Translations under genes and position numbers: made by a program
Origin: a virus
Lineage: Duplodnaviria > Caudoviricetes
Strand: one strand, 5' to 3'
IMG/VR virus record: IMGVR_UViG_3300045825_000308
Coordinates: 1-63,472 of that record
Length of the DNA: 63,472 nucleotides
The notes under the pieces: generated by a model
Seen by the model: the letters and a program-made list of their open reading frames with translations, nothing else
The model's database searches: none
Told to the model about the DNA's origin: nothing
In this document: one piece after another, positions 1 through 10,438 of the stretch
Layout of the letters: each line of letters begins with the position of its first letter
Position numbering within the stretch: the stretch's first letter is position 1

Positions 1-11
1 CTACAACTAAT

Positions 12-482
12 ATGCTTATGTCTTGGTTAATTAGAAAAGTCCAAGGAATAGATTGTTCACATTGTTATGCTCAATTCACTTCATCAGCTGGAGAAGAATT
101 AGTTTATGAAGCAGAAGGCATGCAAACCCATTTAGTAAATAAAAAACAGTTTATTAAAGGAAATATAGTAGTTAGAGAATATGAGATAGAGGTTAATCCG
201 AAAACTTATGATGATATTAAAGTTTTTATTGAAAGAGATATTGGCGTTCCTTATGGTTGGCTAGAATTGGTTGGATTATTTTTAGTTTTTATAGTTAGAG
301 CTTTTATTGGAAAAACTATTAAAAATCCACTTCCTTCAAAAGATAAGATCTGTTCTGAAGCAGTTGGTTATATTTATGTCAATCATTTAAACGGTAATAA
401 AGATGTAGAATATGATGACATGGATATTGTCTGGTTATTAAATAAAATAAGTTCTGATAGTAGATTTAAAAGAATAAAATAA
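12..482 (+). CDS. permuted papain-like (NlpC/P60, YiiX-type) peptidase/amidase, possibly 5'-truncated
   Basis: SHC near the N-terminus, YEA, G-x-PYG and C-terminal ICSE motifs, i.e. His before Cys. Confidence 0.55.
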   Translation: MLMSWLIRKVQGIDCSHCYAQFTSSAGEELVYEAEGMQTHLVNKKQFIKGNIVVREYEIEVNPKTYDDIKVFIERDIGVPYGWLELVGLFLVFIVRAFIGKTIKNPLPSKDKICSEAVGYIYVNHLNGNKDVEYDDMDIVWLLNKISSDSRFKRIK

Positions 483-492
483 GGAGATCTAT

Positions 493-804
493 ATGGCTAT
501 CGTATCACAAAAAGTTGTTAATTATTTACCAGCACCAGATAAGAAATTATTTGTAGTCACTTTAAGTGCTGCCAATATAATTATGAAAAAATTAGCATTC
601 ATGGCTGTTGTTGAAGAAACATATGATGCAGGTGTTCCTGCTAATATCTTAAAAGGTGCCTGCTTAAATGTAGTTACAGGCAAATTTGAGATTCCAGAAA
701 TTACAGATGCAACTTATAAAGGAATGGTTGAAACGGTAGATCAAGCCAAAGCGCTTTCTGCTAGTGCATTGCCATTATTATATGAAAACTATAGTGAAAA
801 ATAA
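493..804 (+). CDS. hypothetical virion-region protein
   Basis: AGGAG RBS; operon context. Confidence 0.6.
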   Translation: MAIVSQKVVNYLPAPDKKLFVVTLSAANIIMKKLAFMAVVEETYDAGVPANILKGACLNVVTGKFEIPEITDATYKGMVETVDQAKALSASALPLLYENYSEK

Positions 805-813
805 GAGGTAGAA

Positions 814-1869
814 ATGTACACTTCAATATTAAAAGCAGATGCTTTCTTAACAGTTGATGAAGTAGCTGAATGGTTAGGAATATTTGATCAAATTCAAATA
901 CCAGCCATAGAAGTTAAGTCATTTAAAACTATTCAAGATTTAGTTTATACTTCTAAATTAGTTGGAATTTTAGGAAACGCAATAAGTATTGCTTATACTA
1001 ATGGCGCAACTGCTGGAAGTGAAGTGGTTTCTTTAATAGGAAATGCTATTTCTGTGCAAATAGAAAGTGGAGTATCAACTTCTCTCCAAATCAAAACAGC
1101 TATTGAAAATTCGGTAGCGGCTTTTGCTTTAGTTGGTGTTGCTTATAAACCATTGTCCACAGGCGTTGAAACTCAAGTCAGTCAGGTCACCACTTTATTA
1201 ACAGGTGGAACAAATGCTGGAGTTTGGATCAAAGGTGGAGAGCAAAATCGTAAAATCTTAGAAAGAATTATAAATATTTCTTGCGATAAGATAGAACAAA
1301 TAATTCAGACATCTGTTGTTGCTAAAGATTATGAAGAACAAATTGACGGAAACAATTCAAATGTGATCATGCCTTCTAAATGGCCATTAGTTTCTATAAC
1401 AGAAATTAAAATAGATTACAATAGAGGATTTTCTAGTTCAACTATTGTTAGTCCAGTGAATTATTTTGCTAGAGGATATGCAGATAAGAGACAATTACCG
1501 GGAGACACATCTTTAAGAATTATTGGAAATGATATTATCCTAAGAGATGATGGGAAAGACTCTATTGTTGGAAAGATTTTCAGCGGATCAGTTTTAGGAT
1601 CAATTAAAATAAAATATAAAGCTGGTTGGGCTTTAACTAATGCAGATATTCCATGGGATTTAAGACAAGCAGCAACATTATTGTGCGAATACTATTATTT
1701 TCAAAGAAGTAATAGAGACTTAAACATAACATCTAAAGGTGTTCGTGGAGAATCGTTCACTAAAATAAAAGACGGGATCCCAGATACTATTATGGAAATG
1801 GTTAATCCTTATGCAGATGTTTCAATGCCACTTTACGAAAAATCACAAATTAATGTGTTTGGAATTTAA
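814..1869 (+). CDS. head-tail connector (gp6/gp15-like) with inserted ~100-aa domain
   Basis: LTVDEVAEWLG helix; IKYKAGW...IPWDLRQAATLLCEYYY; IPDTIMEMVNPY. Confidence 0.75.
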   Translation: MYTSILKADAFLTVDEVAEWLGIFDQIQIPAIEVKSFKTIQDLVYTSKLVGILGNAISIAYTNGATAGSEVVSLIGNAISVQIESGVSTSLQIKTAIENSVAAFALVGVAYKPLSTGVETQVSQVTTLLTGGTNAGVWIKGGEQNRKILERIINISCDKIEQIIQTSVVAKDYEEQIDGNNSNVIMPSKWPLVSITEIKIDYNRGFSSSTIVSPVNYFARGYADKRQLPGDTSLRIIGNDIILRDDGKDSIVGKIFSGSVLGSIKIKYKAGWALTNADIPWDLRQAATLLCEYYYFQRSNRDLNITSKGVRGESFTKIKDGIPDTIMEMVNPYADVSMPLYEKSQINVFGI

Positions 1870-2354
1870 TGAAAGTAGTACTCAAAGAAAATATTAAAGA
1901 AGTAGTAGATACCCTCAATGCAGGGAAAACGCAGATTCAAAAGAATTTGCATGTTCAAATGTTTCAGGCTCTGAGCATACTTGAGGCCGCCATTAAACAA
2001 AATATTAGGAACAGGTCGGGGTTAAAAGTTCGCTCAGGGTCTTTGTTAAATTCTATTCAGAAAGATGTAAGTTCTAATGGAAATACTGTTACCGGAAGAA
2101 TTGGTCCAGAAAATATTCCTTACGCAGCGATTCATGAATATGGTGGAACTATTCCGGCTAAGAGAATTGAGCCACGTCATGGAAAAGCTTTAAGATGGAT
2201 GAGTGCTGGAGGAAAGTTTTCTTTTTCCAAAGGCCATGAGATTCCTGCTTTTGACATTAAGGCTAGACCATATTTAGAACCAGCAATAGCAGAAAAAGGC
2301 GAATTGATTAGACAGAACTTTGCTTTATTTATCACTAGGATTATGGAGAAATAA
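1869..2354 (+). CDS. neck / virion morphogenesis protein (HK97 gp10-like)
   Basis: RSGSLLNSI, YAAIHEYGG and ARPYLEPA motifs. Confidence 0.75.
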   Translation: MKVVLKENIKEVVDTLNAGKTQIQKNLHVQMFQALSILEAAIKQNIRNRSGLKVRSGSLLNSIQKDVSSNGNTVTGRIGPENIPYAAIHEYGGTIPAKRIEPRHGKALRWMSAGGKFSFSKGHEIPAFDIKARPYLEPAIAEKGELIRQNFALFITRIMEK

Positions 2355-2849
2355 ATGTTAATACCAATGCCAGAACTAGAAGCAATTCAAGCAAGCGTGA
2401 GTGTTTATAAGTCTAGACGACTAAAAATATTAAAAGCTATCGAGGCAACTCTAAGCACAATAAAAAAAGAAGCTGGATATACTAATACTGTTAACACTGT
2501 TACTTTCGATAGCAAGTCGTGGAGAGACATGGCAGCTCCACAAACTCCAGCCATTTTCATTATAGATGATATGGTTCAGATTAACAGATTTGTCGGAAAG
2601 ACCAGAGAATATACGTGGACTGTAAAATTATTCGGAGTCGTTAAAGAATTTACATTAGAAGAATTTGAAGAACACATAGCAGATATTGAAGAATGTCTAG
2701 AAGACAATAACCATTTAGCTGGAATGGCCGCTAAAGTAGAAGTTCAACAGGTAATAACGGATAACCAAATGTTCGAGAATACAAACAATCGTTTATATGA
2801 AATCGAACTAAAGATAGAATTTATCAGAAGTCTGAATAATCCAAGATAA
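2355..2849 (+). CDS. tail terminator / completion protein
   Basis: size, position between neck and tail tube, PAIFI motif. Confidence 0.6.
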   Translation: MLIPMPELEAIQASVSVYKSRRLKILKAIEATLSTIKKEAGYTNTVNTVTFDSKSWRDMAAPQTPAIFIIDDMVQINRFVGKTREYTWTVKLFGVVKEFTLEEFEEHIADIEECLEDNNHLAGMAAKVEVQQVITDNQMFENTNNRLYEIELKIEFIRSLNNPR

Positions 2850-2909
2850 GCTTTTCCTGTACATATCATAACGTAGACCCATAGTTATTCAAAACAAAGG
2901 AAGAAACGT

Positions 2910-3512
2910 ATGCCAGCATCTAACGGATTTATCCGATCTAAAATTAAAGACTCAGTAAAATTTGCTCAGACTCTTGTGAAAATCTCAGGGATTAAATCGC
3001 AAAAGCCAAACGCTTTTAATGTTGATTATAACGGTAATCGCTTTCATGGCGAACTTATGACCGCTTATAACTTAATATCTGATCCAACTAAAATTACTTT
3101 TAGTTACGGTCCAACAGTAAGAGCTGCAAAAACGATTCAAAATTTAACTTATTCTGCAGTGACTACTGGAATTGGTGGAAACTTAATCTCTATTGCTTAT
3201 ACTACAGGAGCAGTTGCAGGAGCTGAAGTTGTAAGTGTTATCGGAAATGTTATTTCAGTTCAAATTGAAAGTGGAGTATCTACTGCTGCTCAAATTAAGA
3301 CAGCAATTGAATTAGTACCAGCAGCTGTTGCATTAGTAACAATTGCAGTAACTGGTTTAGGAACAACTGCTCAAGTCGCAGCGGTTGCAGCAAACCTTAT
3401 TAGCGGACTTTCTCCTTTAAATTATGAACTTCTTCTTGCTAATATTCGAATTGTTCAAAGAATTAGAAGTAGAAAGTATGTTTTTAAAGCAAATATTTTA
3501 TCAATTGTCTAA
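2910..3512 (+). CDS. virion protein made largely of the shared inserted domain
   Basis: KTIQNLTY...GNLISIAY...GVSTAAQIKTAI segment. Confidence 0.6.
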   Translation: MPASNGFIRSKIKDSVKFAQTLVKISGIKSQKPNAFNVDYNGNRFHGELMTAYNLISDPTKITFSYGPTVRAAKTIQNLTYSAVTTGIGGNLISIAYTTGAVAGAEVVSVIGNVISVQIESGVSTAAQIKTAIELVPAAVALVTIAVTGLGTTAQVAAVAANLISGLSPLNYELLLANIRIVQRIRSRKYVFKANILSIV

Positions 3513-3545
3513 TACTAATTTTAATAATTAAAAAAGGAAGAATAT

Positions 3546-5114
3546 ATGTCAAGAGAATTAAAACGTAGAAGTCATGAGTTTTTAGGAGTAGATCAGAAGG
3601 CGTGGTTAGGTGCTGAAGTCGGTGGTTTCGGCGATCTAGCTGTTACTGGATTGGTTCCAGTTGATGCTGGTGCAGTAGATTTTATTGCATGCGATATCAA
3701 ATTTGATATTCCTAGAGAAGATTCACCAAGCCGTTCTGGTCGATCAGTAGTTGCAAGACTATCTGGTAAGAAAACAGTTGAAGTAAAAGTTGAAGCTCAT
3801 ATTATACCGGGAACACCAGATAATTTAGGAAACCCAACTCTTCCTCCAATGCACCCACTTATCCTTTCGGCTTTTGGTGATGTAGATTTAACAGATCCAA
3901 CGAAAATCCTTTATAAGCTTTCTCGATTTAATGGAAACTCTTCAAGAATATTGGAAGAAGCTACGCATTATTCTAGATTAGCTGTAGGCGTTGTTGCTGA
4001 TAAACTTTCTTTCTCTCTTCCAGGAGACGGTAAAGCACAAATGTCAATGGAAGGTTTTGCACAAGATGCTTATATGGCTGGCGAAACTAATTTGGTTCAA
4101 GCAAATACAGGTGTCGCAGTTGCAGCTTCTAAAGTTATCCAAGATTTAACTTTTACTGCTGACACTGTTGGTATTAATGGAAATCTAATTCAAGTTGAAT
4201 ATTTAGTGGGCGGTGTTGCTGGAGCAGAAGTTGTTACAACAACAGGAAGTAAAATTTCTGTTCAGATTGCAACGGGAGTTTCTACAGCTGCTCAAATTAA
4301 AACAGCCATTGATGCAAACGTTGCTGCTGCATTATTAGTGAATATTGTTGTTTCAGGTGTTGGTTCTAACACTCAAGTAGCCGCTGCAGTATCTAACTTA
4401 TCTGGCGGTCTTGGATTAAATGATATTAAAGTAACTGTTGGTCACGGCTTTAGAATGGAAGTAGAAGCCTATATTGATATCATTTTAGGAACTGACGGAA
4501 ATACCGTTGTAGTCTCTCAAAGAAAAGTTGTTCAAACTTATTCAGGTGTAAATGCTGATATCGTAACTGTTGATGGTGCAGCTCTTCCAGCTACAACTAT
4601 TGGTGATTATGTTATCGGACATGCTCCAGCAAACTATAGTCCTATCGCGTCAGATCAGGCTCTGCTTGGATTGCGCGGGACGTTTACAGTAGCTGGTTTT
4701 GCAATTAGTGATGCAGAATTAATCTCTGCAGAAATTAACTTATCAAACAACTACACTAAAAAAGATTTCCTTTATGGTACAGACAAAATAAAAGGTTTTC
4801 TACCAGATAAGCGAAGAGAAGTGTCTGTTAAAATAGAGGTTCTTTTAAACAAAGAAACCCTAAGTTTCTATATGAGAAACAAACAATTCGTAGCTGAAGA
4901 TTTGACAATCACTTTAGAGCCACAAAGAATCCCAGGACCAGCTTTCACAAGCTCAGTTGGTCGGACCTGGACATTCCATATGCCAAAGGTAGAATTTTCA
5001 ATTCCCCCCATCGAAAATGGAAATGAAAGCTACGTGAGTTTGAGTTTGGAAGGAAAGTGTTTGGCAACTAGTGCTAACTCTTTAGATGATGAATTTACTC
5101 TTCAGATTTCTTAA
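3546..5114 (+). CDS. major tail tube protein with inserted domain
   Basis: directly upstream of chaperone and tape measure; tube-like C-terminal pattern (EINLSNN...RREVSVKIE...TFHMPKVEF); followed by terminator. Confidence 0.75.
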   Translation: MSRELKRRSHEFLGVDQKAWLGAEVGGFGDLAVTGLVPVDAGAVDFIACDIKFDIPREDSPSRSGRSVVARLSGKKTVEVKVEAHIIPGTPDNLGNPTLPPMHPLILSAFGDVDLTDPTKILYKLSRFNGNSSRILEEATHYSRLAVGVVADKLSFSLPGDGKAQMSMEGFAQDAYMAGETNLVQANTGVAVAASKVIQDLTFTADTVGINGNLIQVEYLVGGVAGAEVVTTTGSKISVQIATGVSTAAQIKTAIDANVAAALLVNIVVSGVGSNTQVAAAVSNLSGGLGLNDIKVTVGHGFRMEVEAYIDIILGTDGNTVVVSQRKVVQTYSGVNADIVTVDGAALPATTIGDYVIGHAPANYSPIASDQALLGLRGTFTVAGFAISDAELISAEINLSNNYTKKDFLYGTDKIKGFLPDKRREVSVKIEVLLNKETLSFYMRNKQFVAEDLTITLEPQRIPGPAFTSSVGRTWTFHMPKVEFSIPPIENGNESYVSLSLEGKCLATSANSLDDEFTLQIS

Positions 5115-5137
5115 GTTAATATTTTTAAAGTATTATT

Positions 5138-5166
5138 AATAGGACGTGAAATATCGTCCTATTTTT
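5138..5166 (+). terminator. rho-independent terminator
   Basis: AATAGGACG/CGTCCTATT stem followed by T tract. Confidence 0.8.
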
Positions 5167-5184
5167 ATTTTAAGGGGATCACAA

Positions 5185-5652
5185 ATGAGTATTAAATTTT
5201 TAAGTTTCTCAACAATTCTTCCAGCAGTATCAATTTCTGATGATGCTATTGATAAAGAAAATTCCGACATCAAAGCTTATCAACAAGATTATGATGTAGC
5301 GCATTTAAAATTTAAAGAAGGATTGACCCCTACTTATTTTAACTTATCAAATGTTCCTGGTCCAGATTTAGTCATTATTCAGCAAGATCACTACATAACA
5401 GAATTGCCAGAAATCAAAGCTGGAATGTCTATGGAAGAAATGCAAAATCTGAAAGTCAGTGTAAAAGCTGTTAATCAGGGAATGATGCTAGTTAAGTATT
5501 TTAAAGCGGCATGTAAAACAATTACTGATAATGGTAAAACCATTGAAGTCAATGAGGAAGTTTTAAAGACAGTTCCTCCAAGTGTCTTGCAAGAAATCGG
5601 AAGTTTTGCAATGGCCAGAACAATTTTGAGCGATAGTAAAAAAAAATCTTAA
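5185..5652 (+). CDS. tail assembly chaperone (G-like)
   Basis: between tube and tape measure; AAGGGGA RBS before ATG 5185; ends in an A9 run. Confidence 0.75.
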   Translation: MSIKFLSFSTILPAVSISDDAIDKENSDIKAYQQDYDVAHLKFKEGLTPTYFNLSNVPGPDLVIIQQDHYITELPEIKAGMSMEEMQNLKVSVKAVNQGMMLVKYFKAACKTITDNGKTIEVNEEVLKTVPPSVLQEIGSFAMARTILSDSKKKS

Positions 5653-6035
5653 AAACTTTAACAGATATGGTTCTGGAAAATAAAAAAGCCAGAACCTTTG
5701 ATTGTCAAGAATGCGATTATAACCTTCAAATTCAAAGAAATTGCAACAACCAATATTCTCCAGCTAAAATCATCCTTAATCAGAATCTTTATACTCAATG
5801 CCCTAAATCAATAATATCTAACAATAGAGAGTTACGCTATCTGGTAGACACCTATTTTGAATGTCGAGAAAACAAGAACTATCCTATTCCAGGCTCTATC
5901 TATAATCAGACAGCTTTTACAGTAGAACTTTTTGACTTTTTAGATGATATTGTAAATAACTATAGGAATCGCAAACATCAAGAACAACTAAATCAAGTAA
6001 ATCAATCCAACAAAGATAATAAGTTAAGGAAATAG
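5640..6035 (+). CDS. tail assembly chaperone -1 frameshift extension (T-like), Cys-rich
   Basis: -1 frame is open from the A9 run (5638-5646) to 6035; no clear RBS before ATG 5667. Confidence 0.7.
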   Translation, partial: KKILKTLTDMVLENKKARTFDCQECDYNLQIQRNCNNQYSPAKIILNQNLYTQCPKSIISNNRELRYLVDTYFECRENKNYPIPGSIYNQTAFTVELFDFLDDIVNNYRNRKHQEQLNQVNQSNKDNKLRK

Positions 6036-6039
6036 CTTT

Positions 6040-9000
6040 ATGTCGGAAAAAGAAGTAAAATTAATTCTGACAGCAGAAGATAATATCTCTGATGTTATTA
6101 AGAAGGTTTCAGACCATTTAGGGGCTTCTGGATTAGGTCAAGCTATTACTGCTACCTCTACTGCTTTCTTGGCTATCAAAGGCGCTGCAGAAGTCGTTGG
6201 AACTGCTCTAGAAAAAGTCAATGCCATTGTTCAAGAAGGTATTAATGATGCAGCTAATGCAGAATTAGTTAATAAAAGACTAGCTATTTCTATGGCAAAT
6301 GTTGGAGATTATACAACAGAATCTTTCATAGCTATTAATGAATGGGCCGGAGCTCTTGAAACTGCTAACGGAATTTCCGATGAAGCTATTAGAAGTCAAG
6401 TCTCTTTAGGTCTTCAATATGGAATGTCTACTGAGCAAGCTAAGAAAGCAACGCAGGCAGCTATAGATTTAGCTGCTGCGACTGGCACAGACATGGAAAC
6501 AGCTTTCCGTCAATTGTCTATGACTTTAGATGGATCTGCCGGAAGAATGGGAAAATTTATTCCAGAACTTAGAAATCTAACTAAAGAACAATTGCAAAAT
6601 GGCGATGCAATAGATGTTATTGCTAAAAAATATAATGGATTTTCGGCGCAAACAGCTAACACTTATGCTGGAGCACAAAGAAAAATTGAATCAGAAATAG
6701 GAAACGTTAAAGAAGCATTCGGAAGATTGATTGCACAAAATCCTGCATACATTGCGAGCATGCAATCTAAAGCAGCAATGATTCACAACGTCTCTGAAGA
6801 GGTGGATAAATTATCAACCTATCTTCTCCAAAACGGAACGGCAATTGGGAACATGGCAAAAGCTGTTGGAACAACCGTTGCAATTGTTGGTGCATATTAT
6901 GCTGGAATAAAATTAGCAGCACTTGCTCAGACAGCGTGGGCTAGTTCAACTATGGTAGCAACAACAACTCAGAAGGCATTAGAGCTTCAAACTATAATGA
7001 CAACCTCAACTGTTAGAGCTCAAGAGATAATGGACAAAGCGTCAGCAGCAGTCAAAGCAGTTTTATCTGGACAAGTTCTTTCACAGATAGTAGCAGAAAA
7101 ATCTTTACAAGGTTCATTGATTGCAGGATTAGTAATTCAAAAAGCAAGACAAGCAGCAGACACTGCAATGATAGCAATCAAAGGAATGCTATCTGCTGAG
7201 ACCATAAAAAATACAGCAGTAGAGGCGGCAAATAAAATTGCTCTTATTGCATCTAATGCAGCAACAACAGGAATGGCAAGTGTTACTGGTTTTCTGTTAG
7301 CAGCAAGACAAGCTTTGACTTTAGAAAGTTTAAAAAATACAGCAGTCACAATTGGAAATACAATTGCACAAGCAGCAGCAGCGGTTGCAACTGGAGCTCT
7401 TGCTGTAGGAATAGGATTAGTAACTGCCGCACAGTGGGCTTTGAACATTGCACTTAACGCTAGCCCAATTGGATTGGTTGTTATAGGTGTTGCTGCTTTA
7501 ACTTATGCAATCTATAAACTTTATCAAAACTTTGATTTAGTTACTGGTGCCATTAAGATGGGATTAGGAAAAGCTTTAGAATGGATCATGATTCCGTTAA
7601 GTGCTTTGATGAGTGGTGTTGGAACTTTAATTAGCGCTTTTAATGCTGACTGGGGCAAAGCAATTGAGACAGCATCCGCTAGAATGAATAGTTATGCTTT
7701 AGAGCTTCAGAAATCTGGTCAAGCGCAAATGGATTTAGCTAATAATACTAAAAAGACAGGCACAGAACTATCAACGATGGGGTTAACTGCCGCAAGGGCT
7801 ACTGATGGTATTTCCGCAAAAATGGCTGCCGCCGCACAAGAGATAGCTAAGTTGCAAAATGCATTTGGAAAAGCGATGGAAGGAGCTCAGACTGCCTTTT
7901 CAGCCTTAAAAGACCTTTCTCCAAGAATGTCTTTAGACATGTTTAATGTCGATGCAAAAGCTTGGACAAAATCTATTGAAGATTTGAAGAAAAATGGTGC
8001 TGATTTAAAACTTAAATTAGGATTGCAACCTCAAGACGCAGCTGTTAAAGCTGAATTAGAAAAAATTAATCAACAAATAAGTTATGCTGAAGAAGCAACT
8101 AAAGCTTTGAGAATTAAAAAATCTCAAGAAGTTCGCGGTGCAACATTAAAAGAAGAAGAAATTAGATTAGCTCAAATTAAAGATAGAGAGCTTTCAGTTT
8201 CTGGCGAAATCATGATGATGCGCATCGATAACGTTAAGGCTATTCGTGATCGTTCTATAGCTATTGAGACAGAAAGAATATTAAAGAGCAGAGGACTCGC
8301 GTCTCAGGATGCTCAAGCCGGTGTTTCAGTTAAAGAACAAGCCTGGATGGATGCTAATGCAAAAGAAATGTCTGCATTTAATAATCATTTAGAACTTCAA
8401 AAACAAACAGCTGTTGGAGTTGAAGCTCAAAAACAATTAGCGCTTGCATCTCTTAAAGCATCAGCAATGAGTGGAGATACAGCTGGCGGAATGCAAGCAA
8501 AAAACGATGTCGAAGTTCAACAAGCAACAGATAGGGCCGCTATTTTAAAGCAGATGAAAGACTCTGATAAAATAAGCGAAAGTGATTATCAAAATGAATT
8601 AACAGCGATTCGTATTCAAGCAATGACTTCTAGAACTAATATGGAAGTTGCTTTAAATACTCAAAGAATTGCTCAATTAGGAATTTCACCAGAAGCTCAA
8701 CAGATAGCAATAGAAAATGCTAAAATACAAAACGCAGCGGAAGAAGATATTCTTAGAGAAAAATACGATAATACTGCAATGACAGATGAAGAATTTAAAG
8801 CTGCAGAATTAGATAGAGAATTAACGCACAAAGCAGCACTAACGGCTATTGAAGATGATTTCTCTAAGAAGAGAGAAGACAGGGACTTAAAGAATGGGGA
8901 CAAGTGGGGCGCTTTCTTAGAGACTAAAGCTAGATTAACTAGAGACAACGGAGCTGTTATTGGTTCAATGATGGCTTTCCAACAATCAGAGTATGGTAAG

Positions 9001-9540
9001 ACATTAGATAAAGGATTATCTGATGCATCAACTTTAATGGGCTCTAAAAATATTGAGATGTTTAAGATTGGTCAAGCAGCAGCGATCGCTCAAGCAGCCA
9101 TTCAAATTCCTATGTCAGCAATTAGCGCTTATACTTCTATGGCAAGTATACCAATCGTTGGTCCTGCTTTGGGTATTGCAGCAGCTGCAGCGGCTATTGC
9201 AGCGGGAAGTATGAACATTGCTAAAATTAAAGCGCAAAGACCACCTGGTGGTGCGGCCCATGGAGGAATGGATGAAATTCCGAAATCGATGGATAATAGT
9301 TCATTTATTTTGAAGGCCGGAGAAAGGGTTGTTGCACCGAATCAAAACCAAGACCTAGTTAAAGCAGTAGATAAAATTAATAATGGTGGAGCTAGTGGAC
9401 ACACTGTAAATATTTCAGTCAATGGTTCAGCAGATTCTAGCACTATAGAGAATATCAAACGAGCTGTAATGGATGGACTACGCGAGGCATCTGAACGCGG
9501 TGTGCCAGTTATCAATAGTCGCGGCATAGTAAACGCTTAA
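6040..9540 (+). CDS. tail tape measure protein
   Basis: 1166 aa, Ala-rich and helical; TAAQWALNIALNASPIG motif; C-terminal AHGG...LKAGERVV. Confidence 0.92.
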   Translation: MSEKEVKLILTAEDNISDVIKKVSDHLGASGLGQAITATSTAFLAIKGAAEVVGTALEKVNAIVQEGINDAANAELVNKRLAISMANVGDYTTESFIAINEWAGALETANGISDEAIRSQVSLGLQYGMSTEQAKKATQAAIDLAAATGTDMETAFRQLSMTLDGSAGRMGKFIPELRNLTKEQLQNGDAIDVIAKKYNGFSAQTANTYAGAQRKIESEIGNVKEAFGRLIAQNPAYIASMQSKAAMIHNVSEEVDKLSTYLLQNGTAIGNMAKAVGTTVAIVGAYYAGIKLAALAQTAWASSTMVATTTQKALELQTIMTTSTVRAQEIMDKASAAVKAVLSGQVLSQIVAEKSLQGSLIAGLVIQKARQAADTAMIAIKGMLSAETIKNTAVEAANKIALIASNAATTGMASVTGFLLAARQALTLESLKNTAVTIGNTIAQAAAAVATGALAVGIGLVTAAQWALNIALNASPIGLVVIGVAALTYAIYKLYQNFDLVTGAIKMGLGKALEWIMIPLSALMSGVGTLISAFNADWGKAIETASARMNSYALELQKSGQAQMDLANNTKKTGTELSTMGLTAARATDGISAKMAAAAQEIAKLQNAFGKAMEGAQTAFSALKDLSPRMSLDMFNVDAKAWTKSIEDLKKNGADLKLKLGLQPQDAAVKAELEKINQQISYAEEATKALRIKKSQEVRGATLKEEEIRLAQIKDRELSVSGEIMMMRIDNVKAIRDRSIAIETERILKSRGLASQDAQAGVSVKEQAWMDANAKEMSAFNNHLELQKQTAVGVEAQKQLALASLKASAMSGDTAGGMQAKNDVEVQQATDRAAILKQMKDSDKISESDYQNELTAIRIQAMTSRTNMEVALNTQRIAQLGISPEAQQIAIENAKIQNAAEEDILREKYDNTAMTDEEFKAAELDRELTHKAALTAIEDDFSKKREDRDLKNGDKWGAFLETKARLTRDNGAVIGSMMAFQQSEYGKTLDKGLSDASTLMGSKNIEMFKIGQAAAIAQAAIQIPMSAISAYTSMASIPIVGPALGIAAAAAAIAAGSMNIAKIKAQRPPGGAAHGGMDEIPKSMDNSSFILKAGERVVAPNQNQDLVKAVDKINNGGASGHTVNISVNGSADSSTIENIKRAVMDGLREASERGVPVINSRGIVNA

Positions 9541-9550
9541 GGAATAATAT

Positions 9551-10363
9551 ATGACTTTAAATAGAACATCAATAGCTTTTTTGCACACATTTGATTTAGG
9601 CAACCGTCATATTGTGGATCCTAATCAAAATATTCTTTCAGTTACATCAACAGCGGCTGGAGATTTTAATGTTAATAATATTTTAACAGAATCTACCAGA
9701 AGAGTGTGGAGAAGCGCGACAGCGTTAACAGAACAATCTATTGTCATTAAAGCAGAAAAGAAATCTACTATAGATTGTTTTGCTATTTTAGGTCACAACT
9801 TTACTGATACCGCAGTAATAAAAGTTCAAGCTAATATCTCCAATAACTTCTTAGTTCCACCGGTTACTAGATATCTTGCATGGAATGAATATATTGTAAT
9901 GAGCTCTTTGACTTTTGGTGGAGAATATGAATATTATAAAATATCTATTTTAGATCCAGCAAATCCTTGTGGATATTTAGAAATAGGTAGAATAATTGGA
10001 GGAAGGGCTCTTCAGTTAATTGATAATGAGGATATCACAGATTCTTATTCAGTAGGTAAAAAAGATCTATCAGAAACTATGAAAACTGAAGGATATTTTA
10101 GAGTATCTAATGAGAATATTATAGCCAGAACTTTCAGTGCAAATTTTCAAAAGATCTATACAACAACTGGTTTTGATACTAATTATAAAAATCTGATAAC
10201 CATGTTTAAAACAGTTAAAGTAACTAAACCTTTCTTAACTATTTTAGACGTGAACAATCCTTATAAGTTTAATATCTGGGGACAACTAACAGATATTCCA
10301 GATGATGCTTTTGGGATAAATGATTTTGTCAACTTTCCGTTAAGAATTGAGGAAGTCTTTTAA
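9551..10363 (+). CDS. distal tail (Dit-like) protein
   Basis: follows tape measure; AILGHNF, YLEIGRI and terminal IEEV pattern. Confidence 0.55.
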   Translation: MTLNRTSIAFLHTFDLGNRHIVDPNQNILSVTSTAAGDFNVNNILTESTRRVWRSATALTEQSIVIKAEKKSTIDCFAILGHNFTDTAVIKVQANISNNFLVPPVTRYLAWNEYIVMSSLTFGGEYEYYKISILDPANPCGYLEIGRIIGGRALQLIDNEDITDSYSVGKKDLSETMKTEGYFRVSNENIIARTFSANFQKIYTTTGFDTNYKNLITMFKTVKVTKPFLTILDVNNPYKFNIWGQLTDIPDDAFGINDFVNFPLRIEEVF

Positions 10364-10438
10364 GAATTTGTATTAATATCATAGATCGCAATTTAATCTT
10401 TTAATAAATCAAGTAAATTTAAAAATGAGTAAATAACA

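Noticed and set aside
3546-5114. Contractile tail sheath call
   Set aside because: Only the inserted domain is sheath-like; position before chaperone and tape measure, with no separate tube or baseplate wedge genes recognised, fits a siphovirus tube
5146-5184. GTG start for the chaperone in the ORF track
   Set aside because: Lies inside the terminator hairpin; ATG 5185 has an RBS
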